Of a DNA stretch of 64,000 nt, positions 22,768 to 33,901 are shown piece after piece (positions within the stretch are counted from its first letter, which is position 1; every line of letters starts with the position of its first letter). The notes under the pieces are model-generated. The model ran no database searches, was not told where the DNA came from, and saw only the letters and a program-made list of their open reading frames with translations. This stretch comes from Trypethelium eluteriae. Taxonomy: Eukaryota. Location: the NCBI GenBank assembly GCA_051942245.1, contig JAVECL010000054.1, positions 1 to 64,000 on the forward strand, written 5' to 3'. A program made the position numbers and the translations under genes.

Positions 22768-23160
22768 AAGTTGAGCTCCACCCTCGGCTGAGGACACTCG
22801 CGGCCAGATTGTCACACCTGACCCCTCGCGTAACGTAGGACGAAAAGAAGTGTTTCGTTGAATCTAAATCTCTAGATGCTGCCTCTCAGAGTGCCGACTC
22901 CGGCTATAAGAGCATCCTAGCACGTAGAGTAATAGAAATTAGGTAGCGCTTGCGTCGCAATTCCTCATGACTGAAGACAAGAGACCTTCGAGGGCGGTCG
23001 TACATCTCAACCTCTCTGGAGAAGGATCTTCAAATTGACTGTAATAGAATATTCTTGGCCCTGATGCCCAAGAAGAACGAAGGTTGAAGTACTGGAGGGC
23101 ATAAGGTATGGATATGAAAGTACCTCAATGCATTGGATTTCCCGAATAGGTAATTGCAAC

Positions 23161-23224
23161 CCCGCGACGCGCGACGCGACTTATCTCTGCGGCTGGCCGT
23201 ACCAAAGAAAAATCAATACACGCG
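23161..23224. promoter_or_regulatory. Cluster of MCB-like (ACGCG/CGCG) elements upstream of MHF1
   Basis: CCCGCGACGCGCGACGCGAC at 23161-23180 and ACACGCG at 23218-23224. Confidence 0.45.
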
Positions 23225-23262
23225 CTCGTCCATTATTCCAGAACACCTTGCTGGATCACGAA

Positions 23263-23768
23263 ATGGCACAAGACGCCGATCCAGCCGCCACTGAAGAGCG
23301 CCTCAAATCCGCACTTTGGTACTCCATTGGTCGCATCGTCGATGAGGACTCGTTGGGCCTGAAAGTCAACGCGACACCGCAGTTTATCGCTGCGCTGATG
23401 GAGATGACATGGGCACAAATTGAAAACGTGGCAAAGGATTTGGAGTGTTTCGCACGGTATGCTTAATGCCTTTCCATCAAGTTCCTCATGCGGTCCCACC
23501 CGATCCCAGAAGAGACTATTTTCAAACGTCTATTATCACATGTGCTGAGGGATTTTGGCTATCTGTTGTGTTTTGATGTGGATCATTGACAAGCATCAGG
23601 CATGGAAACCGCTACTCAATCAACGTCTCCGACGTGCTGTTGCTGGCCCGTAGAAATGAGGGGCTTGAGACAGTACTGAAGCAATATGCTGAGGAACTGC
23701 AGGCGGCGCGGGTCACAGCATCAGACGCGCGGCCAGGCCCAATGTCGAAGAGGACGAGGACGCAATGA
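23263..23768 (+). CDS. MHF1: CENP-S / MHF1 histone-fold protein (2 exons)
   Basis: ERLKSALWYSIGRIVDE...NATPQFIAALMEMTWAQIENVAKDLECFAR|HGNRYSINVSDVLLLARRNEGL. Intron 23457-23599. Confidence 0.92.
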
Positions 23769-24090
23769 AGGATCATGGACGAAAATGAATGGAGTTACAT
23801 AGATGGCGTATTGAAAAGCACCTGCCGCCTTTGCGAATGTAAGATAGGGCCTGTAGCAGTTCAAGGGCCTAGATATCTCAGAACGATTCTAATGCCAGGA
23901 GGAATGGCGCTATGCAGGATGATATGATGCAAGATTCCAACTTCGGATTAACTTATCTGCATTGGATACAATATGGTATCTGCAATTGTTCATTCGTACA
24001 TCGTACATGACTGTGCTGGTGCATTGGTATCTGTCGACCGGCTTGCCAAACCCCAGAACCCCAAGTGACGAATAGTTATTATGAAAAGAG

Positions 24091-24114
24091 AAAAAAAAAA
24101 AAAAAAAAAAAAAA
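24091..24114. repeat. Poly(A) run of about 24 nt between convergent genes
   Basis: Seen directly. Confidence 0.9.
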
Positions 24115-24350
24115 TCGCGCCCAGCGCTAATGTCATTCCGATGTAAGGGATATCTCGATCTAGTTCAAGAGGCATCATGTATAATTGGTCGTCCAAAAAT
24201 GAAATTCGTTCTACCCGGCTTGTGTAATAACCTTCCGGGTCAGTGCATCAGCGTATCACGTTTGAATGCCAACGTCGTTAAAAAACACATTATGTCCATC
24301 CAAATGATCTACCGAAATGTTCGAAGATTGCCTTCGTCATGACTCATTAT

Positions 24351-26759
24351 TTAATACCTCGTGTTCGGCGGCGGAGGTGGGAAATAGTTGCTGTTAAGTC
24401 GTCTTGGGTGATCGTCGTCATATGCATTACCCCTTGCCTCGTATCCATTTGCTCCAGGCCGTCCGTCCATTCCCATCATTCCAGGACCTCCCATTGGAGT
24501 ACCCGTCCCTCCCGCTGTTGCCGACCTGTCTCTTCCTGTTGCCATAGGCGGCACACTTCCGGGTGGTATGGGCGGTGGTGGCCCTCCGGGACTTACTCCA
24601 TAATGGCCCATGGCGTCCACTGCCACGCTCTGTGCATGAGCACGAATGCCGGCTCTACGTCCCATACCTCCTGGGCCAGAACCGAAGCCGGGACCGTTGG
24701 CATTCGAATGTGGTCGTGTCTCGTCGTCATCGATAGCGTTATCACCGTGCAGATTGCTTGCGTACCAGCCGGAAGGAATCTCGGACATGTTCCCATCGCT
24801 CCTCACGAATACGTTCTGGCCTCGTTGCATACCAGGTCCTCCAGGAGCACTACTGCCGAGAGGGGGCTGCCCGTTCGCAGATGCAAACGAAGGTGAGCGG
24901 GGACGACGACCGCCAACTTGAGAGTTAGTACGGTAGTGGCGGCCCGAGCCCGGTGGAGGTGGTGGGATGTCAATTCCAGCTGATTGGGTGTGTGTAATAG
25001 GAGGGAAGCCAGCCTGTGCTGCCTGAACAGAAGGCTGAGTAGATTCGCGTTGCAATGGACGCATAGTCGCTTCGGCGCGCACGCTTTGCGAGCGGTTTGG
25101 GATAGATGCATTAGTTGGATTGGGAACCTTCTGAGTTGGAGTCGGTGTATGCGAATGAAGACTGCCGTTAGAGTATGAAGATGACTGTTCGCCACCCGTT
25201 GAAAATGCGCCTGGTCCAACAGAGTTGTGCCGCGGTGGACCGGTTTGGTGGAGACTTGCAATGATATCTTCATTGTACACTTTACCACCACCGACTTGCG
25301 CGCTATACGGCTTGCGCTCTCGCTCGATTTGAACCGATGAGCTACTATTATATGAAGCCGTGCTACGAGAATCCTCCTCATAACTCGAATCGGCCGATGC
25401 AACAGAGCCGGCCTTGGAGGGTCCTGCATACGGTGTTCGTTCACGCTCAGTAAATGAGGAGGCAGTCGCCGTAGAGCCAACAGAGGGCGGAGGAGGAAAG
25501 TTTTGTGCGCGGTACTGCGAAGGCGGGATCGAACTATCTACAGCCATCGCAGCTGCAAGACGTTGCTGTGAAAATGAGTCCTCTTTCTTAGGGAAAAGTC
25601 TCCGTGATAACTCTTTTGGGAATCTCTCGGCCCGGTGATCAGCATTTGAGATGGGCATCTCAAGCACACATTTTGCAAGCCGCTCGAACTCCGTGTCGGG
25701 ATGCGCACGAATCATGGTCATTAACCACATTTCGAAGCCCCAGGTAGTTAGACCTGGGATAGTTGGCACTTCGTGATGTGCATGCTGCACGAGATGGTGG
25801 TGACAGCGCAGCTCTCGATACATTCTTGAGATTGAAGAATTCGGGATCTTGCTGAAGATGATTGGATAAGGATATCGCTCATCTTGTACCCTGCTAAGCT
25901 CGTAGAACTTGAGCATCTTTGCTGGAGTGATGACGATACTGTGCCTGGGCTCGAAGTCTTCGATGATGTGTATTGCCAGACCGCGGAGAAAACTAGACAG
26001 CCTCTCAGTTGGCTTTCCCTCCTCGTCAAAAAGCGGCTGCCAAATTTTCTCGAGCGTGGTCTCTTCTTGGCTAATTGATGATCGATGCGAAGCATAAGAG
26101 CTTCTTCGATCTGATGTGCCGTCGATGTTGGGCGGCGGAGAGGGCATTTTCTCGCGCGGCTTCCTGCTCTTCAAATTCTCTTTTCGCTGCAACTCCTCTA
26201 CGGGCGAATCCGTAGAGTCTGAGGAACCAAAGCTGGAAGTATGATCAGGGCGGTGGGGAGATGGTGGAGTAAACCGGGGCGGGATCGAGGCATCGGTCGA
26301 ACTTGGAGAACGAGGTGTATATGAGTATCGTCGATTCGGGCGTACCGACTGCTGGGGAGGGGGGGGTGGTGGAGGTGGTTGATATGGCTTTTGGTGTGAC
26401 TGCGACGCGCCATTGAAGCCACTGGCCTTTAGGCTATTGATAACCTGTTCGGTGATCTGTGCAACAAGGCCAGGGTCTACCTTATGGGCTGCGTCGGACC
26501 TGTCGAAGGCGTAATTGACAGCCTCGTTGATAGGCTGAGGCTGAGATTGAGACTGATAAGGCTGACTTGAAGCATCGCTGCGGGCGCTGTTTGCTCGCGA
26601 GCGAGGCCGAGGCTCATTGAGCTGTTGTGGAGGAGGTCTGGATGATAGTTGCTGGAATGGGCTTGGATTCGAGGTTGATTCAGGATAGTCTTGATTTTGT
26701 GGCGAGTGATGGCTAGGCTGCTGCTCGAAGGGACTGCGACGTCCCTCGGCGTAGGCCAT
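24351..26759 (-). CDS. Conserved fungal Pro/Ser-rich protein with one central globular domain (DUF7514-like)
   Basis: ~800 aa intronless ORF. Low-complexity flanks surround ETTLEKIWQPLFDEEGKPTERLSSFLRGLAIHIIEDFEP...HPDTEFERL...ERFPKELSRRLFP. Confidence 0.8.
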   Translation of the reverse strand: MAYAEGRRSPFEQQPSHHSPQNQDYPESTSNPSPFQQLSSRPPPQQLNEPRPRSRANSARSDASSQPYQSQSQPQPINEAVNYAFDRSDAAHKVDPGLVAQITEQVINSLKASGFNGASQSHQKPYQPPPPPPPPQQSVRPNRRYSYTPRSPSSTDASIPPRFTPPSPHRPDHTSSFGSSDSTDSPVEELQRKENLKSRKPREKMPSPPPNIDGTSDRRSSYASHRSSISQEETTLEKIWQPLFDEEGKPTERLSSFLRGLAIHIIEDFEPRHSIVITPAKMLKFYELSRVQDERYPYPIIFSKIPNSSISRMYRELRCHHHLVQHAHHEVPTIPGLTTWGFEMWLMTMIRAHPDTEFERLAKCVLEMPISNADHRAERFPKELSRRLFPKKEDSFSQQRLAAAMAVDSSIPPSQYRAQNFPPPPSVGSTATASSFTERERTPYAGPSKAGSVASADSSYEEDSRSTASYNSSSSVQIERERKPYSAQVGGGKVYNEDIIASLHQTGPPRHNSVGPGAFSTGGEQSSSYSNGSLHSHTPTPTQKVPNPTNASIPNRSQSVRAEATMRPLQRESTQPSVQAAQAGFPPITHTQSAGIDIPPPPPGSGRHYRTNSQVGGRRPRSPSFASANGQPPLGSSAPGGPGMQRGQNVFVRSDGNMSEIPSGWYASNLHGDNAIDDDETRPHSNANGPGFGSGPGGMGRRAGIRAHAQSVAVDAMGHYGVSPGGPPPPIPPGSVPPMATGRDRSATAGGTGTPMGGPGMMGMDGRPGANGYEARGNAYDDDHPRRLNSNYFPPPPPNTRY

Positions 26760-29137
26760 AGTGAAAGTGCGTTTCCACAAAAGTTTGATGCTAGGATTGT
26801 GCGTACCCCCAATCGGAGTTGAGACGGAGCTTTGACTAGAGTCGAATCAGACCGGTTAGAGGTGCAGTGGGTAGTTCGACACTGGCGGGCGGACACGGTT
26901 CGCAGAGCCTCTCAGAGTTGCAGCCTGTTGTTTCATGCAAGATGATATGCAGCCAAATCGGAATCGAACGTTTGGTTGAATATTGAGCTCACGGCAATCT
27001 GAGGCACTAGGCTTGGTGGTTATTGCACGGATTCAACGGACATGACGAAGGGAAGGAGATGTTGTTGTTGTTGTTGGAAAGGTGGTCTCGGGCGGCCGAG
27101 CAGGTGGTTTTTCGCTATCGGTGTAGAAATCGAGGATGCCTTGTGTTGGAGACGGTGCCCAGCTGCACGCGGTGAGCCTGGCAAGTCAGAAAACAGCTTA
27201 GGACACCATTTTGGATGCTTTTGGTGCTTTCCTTGGCAACCCGCAGCAGGTCTGCAGCCAATCCAGTCACCTCGAGCCCGTCGCGAAGGCTTCGTCGGTT
27301 GGCGGTGCGGCTCGACGTCATCGGCCAGGATCACCAGGACCACCAGGATCAAACCAGAAACGGGCCTGGCATCCTGGCTCCAAATTTATCGTCGTGGGGA
27401 GTACACAAACTCCACTGTAACTGCGGCGAGGATGAGGGAGAACCCACTTCTCCGTTTCCTTTCCGCCAGCGTTCTCAACGGAAACCTTCATCTCATCTCA
27501 AGCACCTAAGGCCCGCCTTGTCTGACGTGCCGCCCCGTCCGATGACCTTCCCCCCAGCCTCAGGACGCCTCCTTCAGGATTGTTCTCAAAGCTATGCGTC
27601 CAGTTATGAAGTCACCAAGTCACCCTGAGGCTGGAACTACCATTTGGCAGCCAGTAGGGTCGCTGCCGGGCTCCACTAACGGGCTTCCGCGCGCCAGCCT
27701 GTCGGATGTGTTCAAGCTCACGATTCTGCAAGACTAATTAGGGGCAGCAGGTTCTAAGCGTTGTCAAAGCCCTTGTTCCCCGCGTCAACGCCGTATTCCG
27801 CTACGTAAACGCGCACCATCTTCGACTTTCGAAATAGCCGGGATGTCACCGTGTGCTACGACCGGACTACATGAATAATGCACACGAGTTTCTAGAAACG
27901 GTGCTACCGACGGTGTCGAACAAGCCCAGCCGGTAGAGACGGTAGTTGTCTGTCGCAATTTTCCTTGCCAAATGCAGCATAAGTAATGCCCCTGACCCAC
28001 TACTCCTTCCGTAGTTATTGCGATGAGCGTCGCTATTCGCTTTGTGCGACCTCTGCGGGCAATTACCCAATGTCGGAGGCTGTCATTGAGGTTGGTTGAT
28101 TTGGAGAGAGCCGTCTCCCCGAACGTCAGCTACACTGCGTCATTGTGTAAGGGATGGGCAAAGATGGGCATTCAGCTTGCCGGTCCAGTATGGTACTCCG
28201 TACCCGCCCCCAGCACTCCAATCGTACAAATGGGCATTTTAGTCCGGCTGACGCACGTGACGAAGCCTCGCTGAAGGCCGAATCGACGCTCCTGTGATGC
28301 TGCACTAACTGTCTCAGCTTAGACTAGAAAGGGATGGAAAGAGGCGCGAATCTGAGATGGGCGACCCTGCGATTTGCTTGCGGGATGTGATGACACCCGT
28401 TCGCGACCAACAGGCCTAAGATTAAAGAAACGTTCAGTTGGATCCCTACGTCAGATAGAGCGTCATAAAGAATGGTATCTCGCAGTGAAAGAAAATAGTG
28501 CTGCTGCTGTATGCGCCTTCAGCCTCGTTATTTTTGCCGGCTTTGTGCTGTTTCAGGAGCGTGTTTCACTGTGGCTGAGATGCAACTTTGTGCACACTGG
28601 CCTTTTCGCGCCCAGCTGTCCGCTGTCTGACATTTTCTCCTGACCGTTTCACTTGACGCACGAATTACGACGTCTGACTCTACCCACCCTCGCCTCTCTC
28701 ACAACCCACCGTAGCCCCGTTTCGAACGTGCCTTGTACGGCATAATTCCCCCAACAGCAACGATCCGCTAGTGCCTCATCCTTCCTCTCCATCTCTCCAT
28801 CTCTCCGGCCTTTGGCCTTATCCTCAACTCCTTTCCCAGGACCTCATTATCAACCACAATCCGATCCTCGTCGCCAGCGTCGCAGGCCTGTTACCTCTTC
28901 ATCGACAGCCTGGTGAACGCAATTGCTCCAGTCAACTCTTGGTTGAGGTTTGTCTGGACGAGCTGGTGTCCGACATGTCGCCCTAGAGGCGCTTCATCCC
29001 ATAGCAGCAAACTTGCCAGCAACACACTTCGCCACAAGCCATCCAGGCGACCATAGACGACAGGATTCAGCTTTGAGGATCTCAGGTGGATATCGCAACT
29101 TTTGAAGCCGATCACACTACCCATCTAGCATTCCGAC

Positions 29138-32100
29138 ATGGCAATGCTGGCTTCCAAATCTCCCTATCCTGCTGCTCTGGGAGTAGGACCTGGGCCGACG
29201 CCGAGTAATTATCGGAATCCCTCGACAATCTCTAGTGGGAACAATGGCGTCTTTGCAAGTCCGACAGAGTCCGAATTTTCAGGGATCACAGATGGTGGCG
29301 ATTCCGTTAGGTGGGTCAATCATCAATTATATTCTTGTGTACCCTACAGAGTTTCGTGAACTGACGCGTCATACACCAGGACTTGGGACGAAGACAAAGT
29401 AGCCGATTGGCTTGGCACTATCAACTGCTCACAATACGCCGAAATATTTAGAAGTGAGTGTCGCGATGTCTCGCCGCAATTAGGCTAACCGCTTAGCAGA
29501 GAACAACATCAACGGAGAAAATCTCATGGACATTGACCAGACCACACTCAAAGATATGGGCGTCAAGAAAATCGGAGACCGTGTTCGTATTGGGTCACAG
29601 GCCAAAGTGTTTCGGAATCGGGAGTACCGGCGATCGTCGAAACGAAATATTAACAGGGTGAGTAGGTGCTGGCAATAGACAATGGCAATGCTGACAGTAG
29701 CAGCATTCACTGGCTGCTCTCGACAACCCTTCCAAGACACCCCCTTCGTCTGCTTCACCACGTCCTCAACCACCTGCAAGGTCTGCACCTGCTCATTCAA
29801 GCAAACGCTTCTCCCGCCAAATTGGTGGTGCGGAACTCAGTAACTACGCGAATGTCCTTCCATTGAACACAAATCGATCACCCTCACGGCCCGGTACACC
29901 ACAGACAGAACAAGATGTGCGGGCGCGGCAGAGGCATCCAGGTATGAGTCCTATGGAGACTGCCAAACGTGAGCAAGGCCAATCGTATTTTGGGCATCTA
30001 GGTGGACAAACTCCCCAAACCGCTCGGTTCGGCGGCCCATCCAAACCGGCGAGCACACCGACGGAAACCCCACAGACAGCCCGCTTTGCCCACATCCGTA
30101 GTCCCAGCATGGACAATCATGTCACCAATAGCATCCCCCTTCCCGCCGATAAACCATTAATTCGAGTGCTGTGGGATAACGGTCGGTCGTCGGTAGTCAC
30201 CATAGAAGGATGCAAAACTGGCGAGGAAATTATCAAGAAGACCCTTAAGAAAGGGACACTGAATGAGGCACACTTCAAAAGTTACTGCTTCTACGTCTTA
30301 GACGGCATCAAACCAGATCCTTCCATGTGTCGACGGTTGAACGACAGTGAGCTTCTTCGTGTCTGCAACGATCCAACGAAGAATGAGCGAGGCCGGCTCA
30401 TGCTTCGAAAGATCCATGCCGGGGAACCAGAAGGAGAACAGCTGCACATTGCAGCTAACATTGCCTCACACCAAATGCCACCCATCGGTAACATCCGCAG
30501 TGCACAGAAGATCGAGAAGTTGACCGGTGAATCACTCGCTGCCGTCAGCTACCCTCTTTCACCTACATCTGCAGCGGAACGGGAACGTCACGTTTACGAC
30601 GCGGCGCAAACACTCGAACGGGCTGATAGCACTACCTCAACCGTTAGTCATCGAGCTCGGAAGCTGAAGGAACTCTTCGGCGGGCGTCCACCAAGCGAAT
30701 TCATCACCAAGGACTTGAGTACCTTTTTCCCGGATGTCAAAAAGGAAGAAATCGATAAGACGGTACGGATGTCGGTTCGTCGATCACGTCGAGTCAGCAG
30801 GGCTGCCAGTCGTCTCAGTACTGCGAGTAACTACAGCAATGTCTTCGATTCAAAGAATGCTCCTCCCATGCCGAATTTACCGGACAACTGGGCCACCGCA
30901 GGGAACCAAGCCAAGGGTCTGCGCCCTCTTTCCATCTACAGGCAAGGCGCAGGTATGCCAGGAGGTTTCCGCGATTCCATTGCATCTTCGATTCTCGAGC
31001 CACTGGAAGAGGAGGGAGCCTCTTTGGAACCCAATAGGAAATCATATGTCTCCCTCGGCGGTTCGGATTCTGGTAATATGTCTATCACCGATCCTGATGG
31101 CAACACCGCTTCGATGTCTAGCTACTTTGACGACACTGGTAGTAGTCCAGCGCTCACAGAAGCGGGTGGATCTTGGAACTCCCGCCTCAGCCAGGTCCTT
31201 GCAGAAGATGATGAAGAGTCTGACGAAGAACTCATCAACTACTTGGAGAAGGATTCGGGCAAGGATATACCATACATCAAGGGCGAGTTGATTGGTCAAG
31301 GTTCTTTTGGCAGTGTCTACCTTGCCCTTCATGCAGTCACGGCTGAACTCATGGCTGTGAAGCAAGTCGAGATGCCCAGTAACGCTGGCAGTGCCCTTGA
31401 CCAGAAGAAAAACAACATGATCGAAGCACTCAAACACGAAATCGGTCTTCTCCGTGCTCTCAAGCATCCACATATCGTGCGCTATCTTGGATCGAACTCC
31501 GACGACTCTCACCTCAACATCTTCCTCGAATACGTCCCTGGTGGATCAGTTGCATCCATGCTTGTCAACTACGGTCCTTTACCAGAGGGCCTCATCTGCA
31601 ACTTCGTGCGCCAGATCCTCTCCGGTCTTGCCTACCTACACTCCAAGGATATCATCCACCGCGACATCAAAGGTGCCAATATCCTCGTCGACAATCACGG
31701 TGCGGTCAAGATCTCGGATTTTGGCATCTCCAAGCGTGTGGAGGCATCTACTCTTCTGAATGGAGGATTGCAAGCAACTCGCAAGGGAACAACCGCAGGC
31801 GGCATCGGCGGTGGCGGAGCGCGTGTATCTCTGCAGGGCTCCGTCTTCTGGATGGCGCCGGAAGTGGTTAAGCAGACTGCTTATACTCGCAAGGCCGACA
31901 TCTGGTCACTCGGATGCTTGATCGTGGAGATGTTCACCGGTGCACACCCCCACCCGAACTGCACGCAGCTGCAGGCCATCTTCAAAATCGGTGGTAGTGG
32001 TGATGCCAGCCCGACGATTCCCGATCATGCTAGTGAAGATGCCAGAAACTTCTTGAAGAGAACCTTCGAGATTGATCATGAGATGAGACCAACGGCGGAT

Positions 32101-32151
32101 GAATTGCTGAAGAGCAAATTTGTGATCAAGGGCAAGCAGGACAATGTGTGA
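29138..32151 (+). CDS. STE11: MAP kinase kinase kinase Ste11/SteC/Mst11 (SAM, Ras-association and kinase domains); 4 exons
   Basis: Exons 29138-29310, 29380-29453, 29500-29657, 29701-32151. SAM: WDEDKVADWL...DMGVKKIGDRVRI. Kinase: GQGSFGSV, AVKQV, HRDIKGANIL, DFGISK, SLQGSVFWMAPE. Confidence 0.96.
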
Positions 32152-33901
32152 GATGATGAGGCTGCTCCAGGTGATGGGCCGCTTCGTAAACGACTGTATG
32201 ATCAATGATGGATGTATGGATAACGGTCGCCGAGGCCGGGTATATATAAACAGATCGAGGATTCGTGGCAGGAGTGACACGTCCTGTTCTGCAAGTTCCG
32301 TGAACTTGCTGTATTTGTACGTAAAGCATCGGCAGCTTGCTCTGGAGCATAGCCCACTTACTAGTATAAAGAGTTCCTCAGGGATGTTAACATTGGCAGA
32401 GCTAAGAGCTTTGTTCCGGTGTTGTTTTTTACATTGAATGCTCAAGACTAGTACAACGAAGAACTGCCCTCAAGCTGTAAATGCTTTTCTCTAGTATCCT
32501 GAGGACCAGGTTGATGTCCGATTTTTCTAGGAGAAGACGCCGAAAGTCCTCAAAGTGGTGGAGGAAGGCTAGCAATTGCTCTCGGTGAGAAGGGCTCGAC
32601 TAAGTAACTACTCCATGAATAAAAGAGGCACTTGCACGCGGTGCTGCAGCTCTTGCATCATCACGCAAGTAAAGAAGATCATGATCCCAATGTAACTTTC
32701 TCATCCTTAGTGAACGCCTTCTTACCGTAACACTAAGTACGATGGTCTTGCACAACTGACGACACAAAATCTCTATCGTGAGTTAGAAGAGCTTTCCTCC
32801 GCTCGTTGATAAATCTTGTTCACTCGTGGGGGATGCCCCTTTAATCGTGTGCCGTTTCAACAAGCAATCTAACAGTCTGGCCTCTGGTTTGGTGAGGCGC
32901 CTGTAGCATCCCCGGCCCAGGCAGTTTTTTGATGCCCGCCGTCACCGCCTGGCGGAGGTTACGCACGCTCTCCGTCAACTTGTTCTTCTCCTCTGCCTTT
33001 TCCTTCGCCCGCCCCGCACTGCAAAGCCTTTCGCATCGACACCAAAATACACGCAGTCACCGAGCTCCCAACTGTCTAGTACCGGGCTGCAAATAGCTCT
33101 GTTCGAGACAACAATACTGTTCGTCCTGTGTGGTTCCGAGAGATCTTCATCAGTCCAAAGGGAGTGCTGATACATATCCTCTCAAAGGAACCATCGCGGG
33201 TTTGGATGAACTCCAAGTGAGATCTATCAACAAGGTTGGAAAAAGCGCTCGGCAGGACGTCGAAGAAGAATCTATGAGATCACCCCAACATTTTCTATTT
33301 TCATTTCGTATAATCTAGGAAACCCCAATCAATTTTCGAGCCATTGGTGGTCATCTTGAGCCTTGCATGCCCCGCTGATATTTCTTATTGCCCCTGCTGG
33401 TGGGAAATAATACTCCGTATAGGTACTGTACATGCACGCGATCAATCAAGGGTTCGCACTCCCTTATCAACCACTGACGCATTCTCCACTTCCACTCAGC
33501 CGTGTTCTACTTTTGCGTAACCTTTTTGCCTTGCAAAGTACCTATTCAAGGGTGCTAGATAGACATCGCTCCAGTCTACCGGGTCAAGTCATGGCGCCGG
33601 CCTCAACTCCGCATCCAAGTCCTTTTCTGCGGGGGCTCGGCCGACGTAAGGCCTTCACTTGTCCATGACGTACCTCCTTTCTGGGGTCCTTGTTTATGGT
33701 AACTCCCTATGCTCGGCTGTTTTGATATAAGGTAACCTTCCACTTTTATTTAGTTGCAGGTGTTCATGATCAATCGTGTTCAAAATCTCTTGCCTATCTG
33801 CATCTATGTCCGCATGACAACCTTTGTCATGGATTAAAACATAAGGCACCTTATTGTCCTATTTGTTTGTTCGTATCTCTACTATCTGCACTGCCGACAC
33901 T

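Noticed and set aside
24085..24120. Poly(A) run as a retroelement or retrocopy tail
   Set aside because: No element body or flanking duplication is visible; a simple homopolymer in 3' UTR territory suffices.
26800..29100. Many short ORFs in the divergent region upstream of STE11
   Set aside because: No coding signature or motifs; consistent with long UTRs and promoters.
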